This document shows, in pieces, positions 9,030 through 20,479 of a stretch of DNA of 64,000 nt. Made by a program: the position numbers and the translations under genes. Below the pieces are notes generated by a model. It was not told the DNA's origin. It did not search any database and worked only from the letters and a program-made list of their open reading frames with translations. How positions within the stretch are numbered: position 1 is the first letter of the stretch; each line of letters starts with the position of its first letter. The stretch comes from a virus. Lineage: Duplodnaviria; Caudoviricetes. Where the stretch lies: IMG/VR virus record IMGVR_UViG_3300031857_000014. One strand, 5' to 3'.

Positions 9030-10933
9030 TGAGTAAAGTTAAGGATAAAAAGAAAAAAATTAAAGCCAAACTTGAGGCCATTAAAAAAATTAATGATGAC
9101 CCCAAAAAAGCTACGGATGATATATTTGACGCGTATTTGAAAGATTTACCAAGTACAGATAAACTATTTGGTAATAAACTCGACTCATTTTTAGAAAAAA
9201 GAAAAAGAAAAAAAGAAAACAAAAAAGATATTTTCAGCGAATTAATGGATATTGCTGAAGGGTTTTTAGGTTCAAATAATAGTAAAGTTGAAGGTTCGGA
9301 TAAATTATTTAGCAAAGGTAAAATTAAAAAATACGCAATTGATTCTTGTAGAATAACTTTAGAAAACGCCAAACCAATTATATTGGAAAGCGTTAAAAAA
9401 GTATTTTTTGAAGGTGAAGGTATTTGTGGTGCGAACAGTAGCATGCCAATTGACACTATCACAATAAAACCTAAGGAAATAGATTTTTTAAATATGTTGA
9501 CTTTGGACCCTTCAAGTAATAGTGGTAAAATAATGTACGAACCACAAAGTCCAAGTATTGGTAAACAAAAAGTCAATAGATCATTATACGATTCATTTAA
9601 TTCCGGTCCTTATCAATTTGACACGAACAATAATTTAACATTATTTACATCCACTTGGGATTCCGGAAGTCAACAATTTAATATAAGTGGATTAACTCAA
9701 GGTGGTTTAAACCCCGTTAAGGTTGAAGATTTTTTTAATGATTATTATTCCAATATAGAATTACCGGATATTACAGGAATCACAAAAACAGCCATGTTAA
9801 TGACAATACAAGGTGATGGTAGTGAAAGTGTTTTATTCAAAGATGGAATGAAAAATCTGAATAGATTATTACAAAAATTATTTGCATTGTGTAATTCAGA
9901 AACAAATAGAAACTCAGTAGCAAATCAAAACGCGGTTGACTTGTTTGACGAAAATGATGAAGTATTAGAGTTTTATTTTGATTTTAATGATGTTGAAGGT
10001 ATTGATTTAGATGATGAAGACGCGATAAGTAGAGGTGTGTTAAAATTTAGAGATTGTGATAATTTTGAAATACCTGTTAATACAGATAATATAGAAGATT
10101 TTGTATATCTATCCTCGACTAGTAATAATATAAACAATGTTGTTGATAATACATTAAGAAAAGCGGCAAAAGACGCCGCAGAACAATCTGATTTACCATT
10201 AATTAATTTGAATTTGTCATTATTAAACAATTTCATTTTACAATTACCAAAAGCACTAATAGGGAGTTTATTATCCCCAAAAATATTTTTACCGATAGTA
10301 ATAATATATAAATTATTTAAATCAGCATTAGCTCAACTTGACGTTAAAGAACTGATGAGAAAATTATCAAAGCTATTTGGGGTTATAGTAAAACAATTAT
10401 TTTGGAGATTTTTAAGAGAATTCTGGCAGTTTATTAAAAGAGATTTGATTAATTTTTTAAGAAAATTAGTTGCTAAAATATTGAAAAACAAATATAAAAG
10501 GTATGTGACAATCATAAAGTCACTTATTAATTTTTTAAGTAGACTTAGAACCATACCCAACTTTGATAACTGTTCAACATTATTTGAAGCAATAACCGCA
10601 GCAATCGAAGCGTCATTAGCAGGAACTAAGTCATTTAGTATACCAGGTATATTACTTGGGTTATCAGATACTGTATTACCCGGATATAGTCAGGATAGAG
10701 CACTATTAAACATAACAGAAAGATTAGAAAAGGCGGGAGTACCCATGGGACCAATATACGGTGATTCAAATGATTTAGTTAGTGTAATTAAAGGTATTAT
10801 TGATGGTCATACGGAAGAAATGGATACAAATGGTTTTGTTAAAGTTTCAAACAAAAAAATGACAATCCCCACACCTGTTGGACCAATTGTAATTCCACCG
10901 GGTTTATTAAATAGTTCAGGTAAAATACAATAA
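9029..10933 (+). CDS. large hypothetical protein, probably virion/baseplate-associated
   Basis: 634-aa ORF coupled to its neighbours and upstream of the gp5-like gene. Function inferred from context only. Confidence 0.75.
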   Translation: MSKVKDKKKKIKAKLEAIKKINDDPKKATDDIFDAYLKDLPSTDKLFGNKLDSFLEKRKRKKENKKDIFSELMDIAEGFLGSNNSKVEGSDKLFSKGKIKKYAIDSCRITLENAKPIILESVKKVFFEGEGICGANSSMPIDTITIKPKEIDFLNMLTLDPSSNSGKIMYEPQSPSIGKQKVNRSLYDSFNSGPYQFDTNNNLTLFTSTWDSGSQQFNISGLTQGGLNPVKVEDFFNDYYSNIELPDITGITKTAMLMTIQGDGSESVLFKDGMKNLNRLLQKLFALCNSETNRNSVANQNAVDLFDENDEVLEFYFDFNDVEGIDLDDEDAISRGVLKFRDCDNFEIPVNTDNIEDFVYLSSTSNNINNVVDNTLRKAAKDAAEQSDLPLINLNLSLLNNFILQLPKALIGSLLSPKIFLPIVIIYKLFKSALAQLDVKELMRKLSKLFGVIVKQLFWRFLREFWQFIKRDLINFLRKLVAKILKNKYKRYVTIIKSLINFLSRLRTIPNFDNCSTLFEAITAAIEASLAGTKSFSIPGILLGLSDTVLPGYSQDRALLNITERLEKAGVPMGPIYGDSNDLVSVIKGIIDGHTEEMDTNGFVKVSNKKMTIPTPVGPIVIPPGLLNSSGKIQ

Positions 10934-10934
10934 G

Positions 10935-11135
10935 ATGGACAAAGAAAAAATTATAGAAATTGTAAGTGAAGTAGAAAATAAATCAAATAAAGATTTGACT
11001 AAAGTTGTTAATTTTTTACACGAAGAATTTTATAAAACTAAAAATTTAATAATTGATTTAACTCGTCATTTAGATACAGTTGAAGAAATGTATAATAAAG
11101 CGAATAACGAATTAGAAAAGAGAAATATTAAGTAA
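10935..11135 (+). CDS. small coiled-coil hypothetical protein
   Basis: 66-aa ORF, translationally coupled. Confidence 0.7.
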   Translation: MDKEKIIEIVSEVENKSNKDLTKVVNFLHEEFYKTKNLIIDLTRHLDTVEEMYNKANNELEKRNIK

Positions 11136-12664
11136 TGAAAATAATTGATATTGGTGTTTGTGTCGATAACTTGGACCCCAAAGGAATAGGTAGAATTAGA
11201 TGTGTTAGATATTCTGATTATGTGGGCGAAAAAGAAAAGGCGGTGACATATGAAAAATGGGACGATAAAGATATGTTTATTGCTATTCCATTTTTACCAC
11301 CAAATATTAATTTTATTCCTGAAATTGGTCAAGCGGTAAAAATTATAAATTACAATTCAGACAAAGACCATGTAAACCAAGAGTACATTGCTGGTCCTTT
11401 TACAACAATGTTTGATTTTAATTCTCAAACATTCTCACAACAAGTTGAAAACACGTCATATGGTGTTCAATTTAAAAACACACCTGACATTTACAATAAA
11501 GAAACAGGAAAATTTATAGAGGATAAATCTGAAGGTGTCTTTGCAAAAGAAAAAGATTTTGCAATTTATGGTAAATCCGGTTCAGACATTGTGTTCACCG
11601 AAAATGGATTACAATTAAGAGGTGGTAAATTATTATCAAAACAAGCTGCAAGTGGAACTAACAGAAAAAAAATGTTAGTCTACCCACTAATGACGCAAAA
11701 ATCAAGTTCCATTTATTTAAAAAAGTTTCCAAAAAAATTAGTTAAAACACAGAAGTTAACAAAGAAAGAAATTATTGAAGTACAACCACTAAAATATGTT
11801 ATCGAATTTGAAATAGATTCTTTATCCTCACCAAGTAACATTAATTTTTTTGTATACAAAGTTGTAAAGTCAATAGGTAAAACATACCAATCTGATTTCT
11901 TCAATGAAAATACACCATTATCTTACGCAAATATTAAATTAATCAATACTGACGGTACCTCATCTACACCAACTTTTACAGTACCAATAACTGATATCAA
12001 TCAAGTCACAACCCAAATAAGAACAATTATATTTTCATTGCACGAAGATTATCTAATAGAAACTATTAGGAAACAAAATATAACTAATTTAGATTATACA
12101 AGTTATCCAAATGAAGACATTCACCCTTTCTATTTTAGACCCACACAACAGATGAAAAATTATATCCCCACAAACACTACACAAGAAGAAATTAAGGATA
12201 AAATTTTCAATTTTAAATTGGTTACGGGTATTGGTCCCGGTTCAGGATTGGTGTGGCAGAGTACTCAAATGAAAAATAAACCTAAACTTATTGATGTTAT
12301 TGTTGATGAATTAAAAGAACAATTTGACTCACCAGAACAAACTTTTGCGACGGTAAAATCAGATAAAATATATTTTCTATCCACCGATACTAATGATATT
12401 CAAAGAATAAAATTTGAAGAATTTGATAAGTATGAATTAACTCAAGACGACTATGTTCAAAAAATCGAAGATTTTACATTCGCGTCAGTTAGAGGTGAAA
12501 AATTAGTGGAGTTTTTAGAAGCGTTATATAATGCATTTTTAGGTCATAAACATAATATTAATAAAGTATACACAACAAACGGTTTTGACGAACATCAAGT
12601 TTTAAAACAAAAATTCGAAACACTAAAAAATGATATCCTTAATAATTCAATTAGAATCAACTAA
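11135..12664 (+). CDS. baseplate central spike/hub, gp5/VgrG-like
   Basis: N-terminal GVCVDNLDPKGIGRIRC (gp5 OB-fold-like). C-terminal VRGEKLVEFL...GHKH carries the HxH spike-apex motif. Confidence 0.65.
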   Translation: MKIIDIGVCVDNLDPKGIGRIRCVRYSDYVGEKEKAVTYEKWDDKDMFIAIPFLPPNINFIPEIGQAVKIINYNSDKDHVNQEYIAGPFTTMFDFNSQTFSQQVENTSYGVQFKNTPDIYNKETGKFIEDKSEGVFAKEKDFAIYGKSGSDIVFTENGLQLRGGKLLSKQAASGTNRKKMLVYPLMTQKSSSIYLKKFPKKLVKTQKLTKKEIIEVQPLKYVIEFEIDSLSSPSNINFFVYKVVKSIGKTYQSDFFNENTPLSYANIKLINTDGTSSTPTFTVPITDINQVTTQIRTIIFSLHEDYLIETIRKQNITNLDYTSYPNEDIHPFYFRPTQQMKNYIPTNTTQEEIKDKIFNFKLVTGIGPGSGLVWQSTQMKNKPKLIDVIVDELKEQFDSPEQTFATVKSDKIYFLSTDTNDIQRIKFEEFDKYELTQDDYVQKIEDFTFASVRGEKLVEFLEALYNAFLGHKHNINKVYTTNGFDEHQVLKQKFETLKNDILNNSIRIN

Positions 12665-12686
12665 TTGATATTTATTAAATAAAAAG

Positions 12687-14060
12687 ATGTCATATTACCG
12701 TTCATATTTCGAGAAGAATAATACTATAATTAAGAATTCTCACGCAAATAGTGCTAAAAACCCAAATACCGAAATTTACTATGGTTCAGGTTTTTCAAAA
12801 TTCATCTTCAAGGTAGATTTTACCGATTTAATCCAAAAATTAGATAATGGTGATTTAGTTGTGGATAATAACACAAGCCATTATCTCAACATGAAAAACA
12901 CCATATTTGGTGATGAGGCTCTTATGGGTATTCTCAAAAATAACGATAAGAGAAGAGCAACTTCATTTGACTTAATTTTATTTGAATTAGACCAAGATTG
13001 GGATGAAGGTGTTGGATTCGATTATGAAAGAAATGAGTACGATTTCAATTTAATGAATAAAATTTATGATGAAAGACCATCAAACTGGTTTAGTGCAACA
13101 ACATTAAATGCGTGGACGACTTCAGGTATATATTCAGGAACACCGATAATAATTGATACAATACATTTTGATAACGGAAACGAAGATTTAAAGGTTGATA
13201 TTACTGAATATGTAAATGGTATCATTGTTGATGGAAACACGAATTACGGACTTGGATTAGCGTTTGATATTCCTTATGAAACTGTTGTCGACTCCGTGTA
13301 TCAATCCGTGGCGTTTTTTACAAAATACACTCAAACCTTTTTTGAACCTTACGTCGAATCTTTCTTCGAAGATAGAATAAACGACAACAGACACAATTTT
13401 GTTGGTAATGTATACCAAAACCTCTACTTATACGTAACTAAAGGTGGTAATTACTACGATTTAGATATAGAACCTACAGTTGATATACTTGATCACACAA
13501 ACTCCATAATTCCGGGTTTAAATGACCTTACAACCACTAAAGTTAGAAAAGGTGTATACGTGGTTAATTTTGGTATAGATGGTACTTTATGTGACGGTAG
13601 AAGGTTCTTTTTTGATAAATGGAAGGGTATTGAAATAGATGGTGTATCATTAGCAGATGTAAAACAAAAATTTGTTCCCAAATTATTTAATACACAATAT
13701 ACAATAGGTGAAAATCCAACTGAATATCAAAGGTATATTGTTCAATATTATGGAATAAAATTGAATGAGAAAATAAAGAGAGGTGAACTCAGAAAAGTAG
13801 TTGTTAATTTGAAATCTATTGATGTTCAGAACATTGTTTTATTTGACCAAGTATATTATAGAATGTACATAAAAGAAGGTCGTACTGAGGTTAATATTCA
13901 CGATTGGACCCTATTAGATGTGACTAATGAGAACTCTTTTGTTTTAGACACGTCCTATATGATTCCAAGAGAATATTTTATCGAAATAAAAGCAAAAACT
14001 CACACAGAGGAAATTTTCCATAATGATATATTAAAATTTGAGATTGTATCAGAAAAGTAA
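12687..14060 (+). CDS. putative virion structural protein (beta-rich)
   Basis: 457-aa ORF after a TATTTAT motif, in baseplate context. Confidence 0.65.
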   Translation: MSYYRSYFEKNNTIIKNSHANSAKNPNTEIYYGSGFSKFIFKVDFTDLIQKLDNGDLVVDNNTSHYLNMKNTIFGDEALMGILKNNDKRRATSFDLILFELDQDWDEGVGFDYERNEYDFNLMNKIYDERPSNWFSATTLNAWTTSGIYSGTPIIIDTIHFDNGNEDLKVDITEYVNGIIVDGNTNYGLGLAFDIPYETVVDSVYQSVAFFTKYTQTFFEPYVESFFEDRINDNRHNFVGNVYQNLYLYVTKGGNYYDLDIEPTVDILDHTNSIIPGLNDLTTTKVRKGVYVVNFGIDGTLCDGRRFFFDKWKGIEIDGVSLADVKQKFVPKLFNTQYTIGENPTEYQRYIVQYYGIKLNEKIKRGELRKVVVNLKSIDVQNIVLFDQVYYRMYIKEGRTEVNIHDWTLLDVTNENSFVLDTSYMIPREYFIEIKAKTHTEEIFHNDILKFEIVSEK

Positions 14061-14073
14061 AATATTTATAGAT

Positions 14074-14550
14074 ATGAAAAATATAGAAGAAATTATTAAA
14101 AGACAATTAAGAAGTCTAACAGAAAATGAAGGTATGGAAAACTACATGTTTTTCAGTAATCTAGAACAAATTAAGAGACAATGTGAAATGTTACTTAAAA
14201 TGGACCCGAAGATGTTGGATTCTATTATTCAGGATGGTCACGATTGGGCTGATGACCATGTATCTGAAGCAAAGAATAACATGGATCAAGTATTCGATTT
14301 CTTTATGAACAAAACTAAAGAAATGGAAAAAGGTATAACTGACGTTAAATCAGATTTGAGTCAATTTAGTTTAAATGAAGAAGAACAAATTGATGAAAGT
14401 AAAAACAAACCAACAAATCCTAAACTATGGGCGAGAGCAAAATCTATGGCTAAATCCAAATTTAAGGTCTACCCTTCAGCTTATGCAAACGGATGGGCTG
14501 CTAAATGGTATAAAAAACATGGTGGTGGATGGAGAAAGTCAAAAAAGTAA
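14074..14550 (+). CDS. hypothetical, probable head-internal protein with a basic C-terminal module
   Basis: Start chosen at 14074 (TATTTAT+4 nt). LTE/LNE/IDE sites precede KPTNPKLWARAK...YPSAYANGWAAKWYKKHGGGW. Confidence 0.7.
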   Translation: MKNIEEIIKRQLRSLTENEGMENYMFFSNLEQIKRQCEMLLKMDPKMLDSIIQDGHDWADDHVSEAKNNMDQVFDFFMNKTKEMEKGITDVKSDLSQFSLNEEEQIDESKNKPTNPKLWARAKSMAKSKFKVYPSAYANGWAAKWYKKHGGGWRKSKK

Positions 14551-14553
14551 AAT

Positions 14554-15285
14554 ATGAAAATAAGATTAAGTGAAGAGGATTTAAAATACGTTCAAGAATC
14601 CATTCAAACCGGTGAAGTTTTACAAGAAGATTTAAGAAGATGGTTTAAAGAAAAATGGGTTGATGTTAGTAGAAAAGTTGATGGTAAACATCCTCCTTGT
14701 GGTAGAAAGAAAGCAACAGATAAAGGATACCCTAAATGTAGACCTAAAAAGAAAATATCCAAAGAAACACCTAAAACCGCTGGTTCGTATTCCGCAAAAG
14801 AAAAGAAAGCAATGACAACACAAAAGAGAAAAGCGGAGAAAACACATAATAAATCAGGAACAGGAAATAAACCAAAAATGACACATTATAACGAAGAAAG
14901 AATATCAAAACTAACTGATTTAGTTTTAGAAGAAATAAACAGTTTAAAACACACTAGTATTCTATATGAAGATGAATTCGGTTCTGTTGAAGAAACTGAA
15001 TTTATTGCAGACGATTTATTGAATGAAGCGGAATATCAAGGACGTAAAGTTCAGTTAGGTAAAATCATGCAAGGAGACATTAAGAAATTCAAAGTTTATG
15101 TTAAAAATGATAAAGGAAAAGTAGTTAAAGTAAACTTTGGGTTTGGTGGTAAATCCGCAAAAGGAAAAAGAATGGTTATTAAAAAGAATAACCCACAAAG
15201 AAGAAAATCATTTAGAGCAAGACACAATTGTGATAATCCGGGACCTCGTTGGAAACCGAGATATTGGGCATGTAGAACATGGTAA
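14554..15285 (+). CDS. hypothetical, probable head-internal protein with two basic modules
   Basis: LQE|DLRRWFKEKWVD...YPKCRP and LNE|AEYQGRKV...RRKSFRARHNC...RYWAC modules, of a type I recall from T4-like phages. Confidence 0.7.
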   Translation: MKIRLSEEDLKYVQESIQTGEVLQEDLRRWFKEKWVDVSRKVDGKHPPCGRKKATDKGYPKCRPKKKISKETPKTAGSYSAKEKKAMTTQKRKAEKTHNKSGTGNKPKMTHYNEERISKLTDLVLEEINSLKHTSILYEDEFGSVEETEFIADDLLNEAEYQGRKVQLGKIMQGDIKKFKVYVKNDKGKVVKVNFGFGGKSAKGKRMVIKKNNPQRRKSFRARHNCDNPGPRWKPRYWACRTW

Positions 15286-15317
15286 AATTATAGGCACACC
15301 TCGCACGCCACCCAGAC

Positions 15318-15346
15318 AAAAACCCACCGTAATTGGTGGGTTTGTT
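15318..15346. terminator. bidirectional intrinsic terminator
   Basis: AAACCCACC-GTAATT-GGTGGGTTT between convergent genes. Confidence 0.75.
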
Positions 15347-15348
15347 GT

Positions 15349-15675
15349 TTATAGTAATTTTTGATTTGACCAGTACTGTAATCTATTATCACAATACCTA
15401 TTTAATTTATACGCGTCCTTTTTCTCAATCAACTTAGAGATATCTGACATGTGTTTTTTATTATTAAAATCTATACCAATAATATATCCACCTTCACTTT
15501 TTTCATGTGTTGTTTCCCTTATATATTTCCCTTGGTCGTCTAAAAGTAAAAGTTCAATTATACCTTTTTTGGTGTCAGTGTCCTTTTTATAAACTTTGAA
15601 TGGTATTGAACGTATTTCAATCATTTGCTGAAGGACATCCAATCTTAACTTTTCGTAATCTGTAGTTTCATTCAT
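15349..15675 (-). CDS. hypothetical protein
   Basis: 108-aa ORF; TTTCAAA-N9-TATTTTTG ends 4 nt upstream of the ATG. Confidence 0.75.
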   Translation of the reverse strand: MNETTDYEKLRLDVLQQMIEIRSIPFKVYKKDTDTKKGIIELLLLDDQGKYIRETTHEKSEGGYIIGIDFNNKKHMSDISKLIEKKDAYKLNRYCDNRLQYWSNQKLL

Positions 15676-15711
15676 TATACAAAAATAGTAAAATGTTTTG
15701 AAATAACAAAA

Positions 15712-15861
15712 TTAATTTACTTTACATAACCAATATCTAACACCGTTAATTTTTACATATGTAGTGTTTGAAGACGGTTTTTCACAATATGTTTCTTTAG
15801 TACCGTTTTCAAATGTTAGTACAAAACCGGTCCTATTTAAATTCCATTTAATTGTATTCAT
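15712..15861 (-). CDS. small hypothetical protein (49 aa, MNTIKWNLNRTGFVLTFENG...), not in the ORF track
   Basis: Translated by hand from ATG (15861) to TAA (15712). Confidence 0.5.
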   Translation of the reverse strand: MNTIKWNLNRTGFVLTFENGTKETYCEKPSSNTTYVKINGVRYWLCKVN

Positions 15862-15907
15862 AAATTATATTTTAATTAATATAGATTTTAAAGGACAATA
15901 AGTAAAT

Positions 15908-15936
15908 AAAAAACCCCCGATTTCTCGAGGGTTTTT
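15908..15936 (-). terminator. intrinsic terminator after the major capsid gene
   Basis: AAAAACCC...GGGTTTTT hairpin 20 nt past the MCP stop. Confidence 0.75.
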
Positions 15937-15955
15937 ATATAGATAGTCGTAAAGA

Positions 15956-17704
15956 TTATCTTAAAGTGTTCAAATCAAATGTTTGAAGACCTCTCACATC
16001 GATAGTTGCGAAGTAACGGTTGTTAACCATTTTCTTTGCGTATCTTGTCATGATACCTTTAATCGGTGTCATGTTGAAAGGATTATACATTGTTGGAGTC
16101 AACTGTAATGGTACGTATGGTGCGTAAATGTAACCAGCGTCTAACAATGACTTACCTTTGTGTCCAATCAAGATTTTTCCTGCTGGGAAGTAAGGGTCAC
16201 GATATACTTGGTAACGACCTGCTAATGTACCAACTTTCTCAATACCCATGTTGTACTGATCTTGCTCAGGAGCAGCGTTTGATACGTGGAAATATTCCAA
16301 ATCATCGAATACTGCAGAAACTTCTGAAGAAACAACGATCCAGTTAGCACCACCTCTCAAAGTAGTTTTGTGGATTTGAGCAGACAATTGGTTAATTTTG
16401 GTTAACAATGTTTGGTTCCAATCTTTTTGAGTGTAACCCTGAAGAGTAGCACCTGCATTACCACCATATTTCCATTCGTTGTAATCCCACTTCAATGACC
16501 ATGCTGCACCTTTTCTAAGGTCACGTAAAATTTCACGGTCAACCTCAGCAGCGATTTGCTCAGATAACAACGCTGTTAACTCAGCTTCTGCATCGATGTT
16601 GTGGAACGCACTAACGTCTTGTGCTAATTCAGGAGACCAGCTAGCTCTCAATTTTCTTTCAGTTACAGAAACTGTTACTGACTCAAGATCGAAAGAAACT
16701 TCACCGATTTCATCTTCAAATTCCAAAGTAGCATATCTACGATAAGTAAAGATAAAGTCAGTACCATCTAAAGCACCACCTGCTACTGTGTAATTAGAGA
16801 AACCTGCAGTTGACGAATAAGTTTGTAAATCAACTTGGATGAATATAGTACCATTCTCATCGCAAATATCTTGATAACCAAGACCATTAGCAGAATCAAA
16901 TGCTTTAACACCGTAATTAACAATTCCTTTACCATATTTCTGTGTAACGATATTGAATGGTAAATTTCCTGTTGATATACCTGAAATACTAACCGCGTTA
17001 GTCACAACAGATAATGAAGCCAAGAATTCTTCTGTATCCATTTCGTTACCGTCTGGACCAGCTAATTTACCTTGACCTGGTCTAGAGAAACCACTAAGTG
17101 CAACAACTACACTTGATAAAGATGTATTAATTGGATAAGTTACACCATAAGTAACAGCTCCGTTAGAGAAAGTAACAAGACTATTACCTGTTAAACTAAC
17201 TGTAGTGAAACCTCCTTTAGAGTAATCATACAATCCTGAAGTTGCGTCATCGTTTGACTCATAGAAACGATCATAAAGGTTAATACCTGTGTATCCAGTA
17301 GATGCACTTGTACCACCTCCACCACCTGGAATACCATATGGTTGATAGTGACCATTTCCGCCAGTTCTATCTTGAATTTTTGGTACGAAATAGAATAATT
17401 TACCGATTGGTAAGTTCATAGCTTGTACAGACACGATGTCGTTAGCTAATAATTTAGAGAACACACGTCTGATGATAGGAAATACCACAGTCTCAAATGA
17501 ACCTGAAGCATCAGATACTGCTGCTTCGTTTATCAAATAAGACGCTTGGTTTTCATACAACTGCGCGATGTTATCTTTCATGTGACCGTCAAGACCCTCA
17601 AGGAATCCGAGGTCATCCCATTTTCTGATGGTATCTTCTTTGATAACACGAAGGTGCTTAAGACCGATGTTACCAACCATACCTGATTCTAATAATGCTC
17701 CCAT
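15956..17704 (-). CDS. gp23: major capsid protein, T4 gp23-like
   Basis: PIIRRVFSKLLANDIVSVQAMNLPIGKLFY, RKLRASWSPELAQD, AEAELTALLSEQIAAEVDREI, YAPYVPL, KGIMTRYA. Confidence 0.97.
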   Translation of the reverse strand: MGALLESGMVGNIGLKHLRVIKEDTIRKWDDLGFLEGLDGHMKDNIAQLYENQASYLINEAAVSDASGSFETVVFPIIRRVFSKLLANDIVSVQAMNLPIGKLFYFVPKIQDRTGGNGHYQPYGIPGGGGGTSASTGYTGINLYDRFYESNDDATSGLYDYSKGGFTTVSLTGNSLVTFSNGAVTYGVTYPINTSLSSVVVALSGFSRPGQGKLAGPDGNEMDTEEFLASLSVVTNAVSISGISTGNLPFNIVTQKYGKGIVNYGVKAFDSANGLGYQDICDENGTIFIQVDLQTYSSTAGFSNYTVAGGALDGTDFIFTYRRYATLEFEDEIGEVSFDLESVTVSVTERKLRASWSPELAQDVSAFHNIDAEAELTALLSEQIAAEVDREILRDLRKGAAWSLKWDYNEWKYGGNAGATLQGYTQKDWNQTLLTKINQLSAQIHKTTLRGGANWIVVSSEVSAVFDDLEYFHVSNAAPEQDQYNMGIEKVGTLAGRYQVYRDPYFPAGKILIGHKGKSLLDAGYIYAPYVPLQLTPTMYNPFNMTPIKGIMTRYAKKMVNNRYFATIDVRGLQTFDLNTLR

Positions 17705-17732
17705 TTTTAAATTGGTTTTATTTTTTTATTAT

Positions 17733-18950
<1,218 letters not shown>

Positions 18951-19038
18951 TTTTCTTTATTTAGTTTTATTATTCTATAAATACTATGAATTTTATAAAA
19001 AATTCAGTTTTATTATATGTTTATCGGGAAAAAATTGA

Positions 19039-19725
19039 TTATTTTGATAAGAAGTTATCAAGTCGACCCATTAGACTTTTCATTTTGTCAGTATCGACCT
19101 TTGGTTCTTCTATAGACTCTTGATACTGTTCTCTCTCTGATGGGTCACTAAATACATATGCACCAGGAGTAGACGGAGACGACACTAAATCAAAACAGAC
19201 CAATTCAAAATCTTCTTGTACAACGTTTTGACCTTTTATATTTTTTAAAGAACCAACTCCTCTAGATGAAATACCTAAAGTCGCACCATTCATTATTAAC
19301 ATTGCTGCTTGGTCACCTTTAGTACTGACTATTCCCATTTTTTTCCAACCGGGAGAAGTAAACAATTTGATTTTACCCATTAACATTTTACCATCCCACC
19401 ATGTTTCTAAAATTGAGTGAGAAACTCTGTCTAAGTCAATAAGAGAAGATGATGGGTGATTTAATTCATTTAATGCCCCACCTTTTTTTATAATTGTTTG
19501 ATATTTTTCGTTTTCTCTTTTTAAAATGGTTTCAGGATAAATTCTACCATTTTTGTTTGGTGTGTCGTATTTCTGTAAAACAGCATAAAGGATAAGGTCT
19601 TTTGAAAAGTCCATATCCTTCATTTCTGAAATTATTCCTTTATTATCTTCTGCGGAAACGTATCCTGCATCGTATTCGATGAGGTAACCTTTTACACCAA
19701 TATCATTGGGACCTAATATCTTCAT
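19039..19725 (-). CDS. gp21: prohead protease, T4 gp21-like
   Basis: NKNGRIYP, ELNHP, VSHSI, GISSRGVGS, FELVCFDLVSSPSTPGA. Confidence 0.95.
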   Translation of the reverse strand: MKILGPNDIGVKGYLIEYDAGYVSAEDNKGIISEMKDMDFSKDLILYAVLQKYDTPNKNGRIYPETILKRENEKYQTIIKKGGALNELNHPSSSLIDLDRVSHSILETWWDGKMLMGKIKLFTSPGWKKMGIVSTKGDQAAMLIMNGATLGISSRGVGSLKNIKGQNVVQEDFELVCFDLVSSPSTPGAYVFSDPSEREQYQESIEEPKVDTDKMKSLMGRLDNFLSK

Positions 19726-19761
19726 TTATAGCTATTAATACTATAAATACTTAGATATTTA

Positions 19762-20187
19762 CTAATTTTTACTTTTAGAGAAATTAAATAGATTTTTGTC
19801 AGATAAACCATTATCGATAATGGTTTCTGTAATATATTTTATAGTTGACTTTATTTCTTTTGATTTAACATCAAACTTTTTTTCTACGTATAAAGTAACC
19901 TCTAAATTCATAAAGGATTTTTTTTCTTTTTTAATTCCTTTTGTCCTTATGTCTAAATCAACTATAGATTGTGGTTTAAAATATTCTAATTTGAGATTAG
20001 AAATTATTTCTTTAATTAATCTTCTTGATTTCAAAATAGTAAAATCAAAATCTTCATTTTCGTTTTTTGGTTGAACCCAAGAATTAATTTTTAAATAAAT
20101 TGTTTTTAAATTTTTAGAATCTACTGTTCCATATCCAATTTTTACATCATTGTAAATTCCTAATGGAATAAACTTACCGGTTTTCAT
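19762..20187 (-). CDS. hypothetical protein
   Basis: 141-aa ORF in the head module. Confidence 0.75.
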   Translation of the reverse strand: MKTGKFIPLGIYNDVKIGYGTVDSKNLKTIYLKINSWVQPKNENEDFDFTILKSRRLIKEIISNLKLEYFKPQSIVDLDIRTKGIKKEKKSFMNLEVTLYVEKKFDVKSKEIKSTIKYITETIIDNGLSDKNLFNFSKSKN

Positions 20188-20287
20188 TAATTTTTCATGT
20201 TATAATATTTTTATGGTGTTAATAAAATATAATATAATTTTTAGTAAAAAACAAATTTTTTTATATTTTTTTCAAATACTTATTTTT

Positions 20288-20479
20288 ATGATTATTATTG
20301 ATGTAACAAAAGAAAAAAATATTGAAACCGCGTTGAAAAACTATAAAAACAAGGTGAATAGAATTAAACAAATTCAAAAATTGAAAGAGAGAAAAGAATA
20401 CGTGAAACCCTCTGTAGTTAAAAGAGAAATTATATTAAAAGCTAAATTTAAAAATAAAATGAAAAATGGTCTTAATTAA
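20288..20479 (+). CDS. rpsU: phage-encoded ribosomal protein bS21 (Bacteroidota type)
   Basis: MIIIDVTKEKNIETALKNYKNKV...ERKEYVKPSVVKREIILKAKF matches the bS21 pattern (I-x-x-AL-K-x-x-K-x-K ... R-x-x-F/Y-x-KPS). Start at 20288 rather than 20213. Confidence 0.9.
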   Translation: MIIIDVTKEKNIETALKNYKNKVNRIKQIQKLKERKEYVKPSVVKREIILKAKFKNKMKNGLN

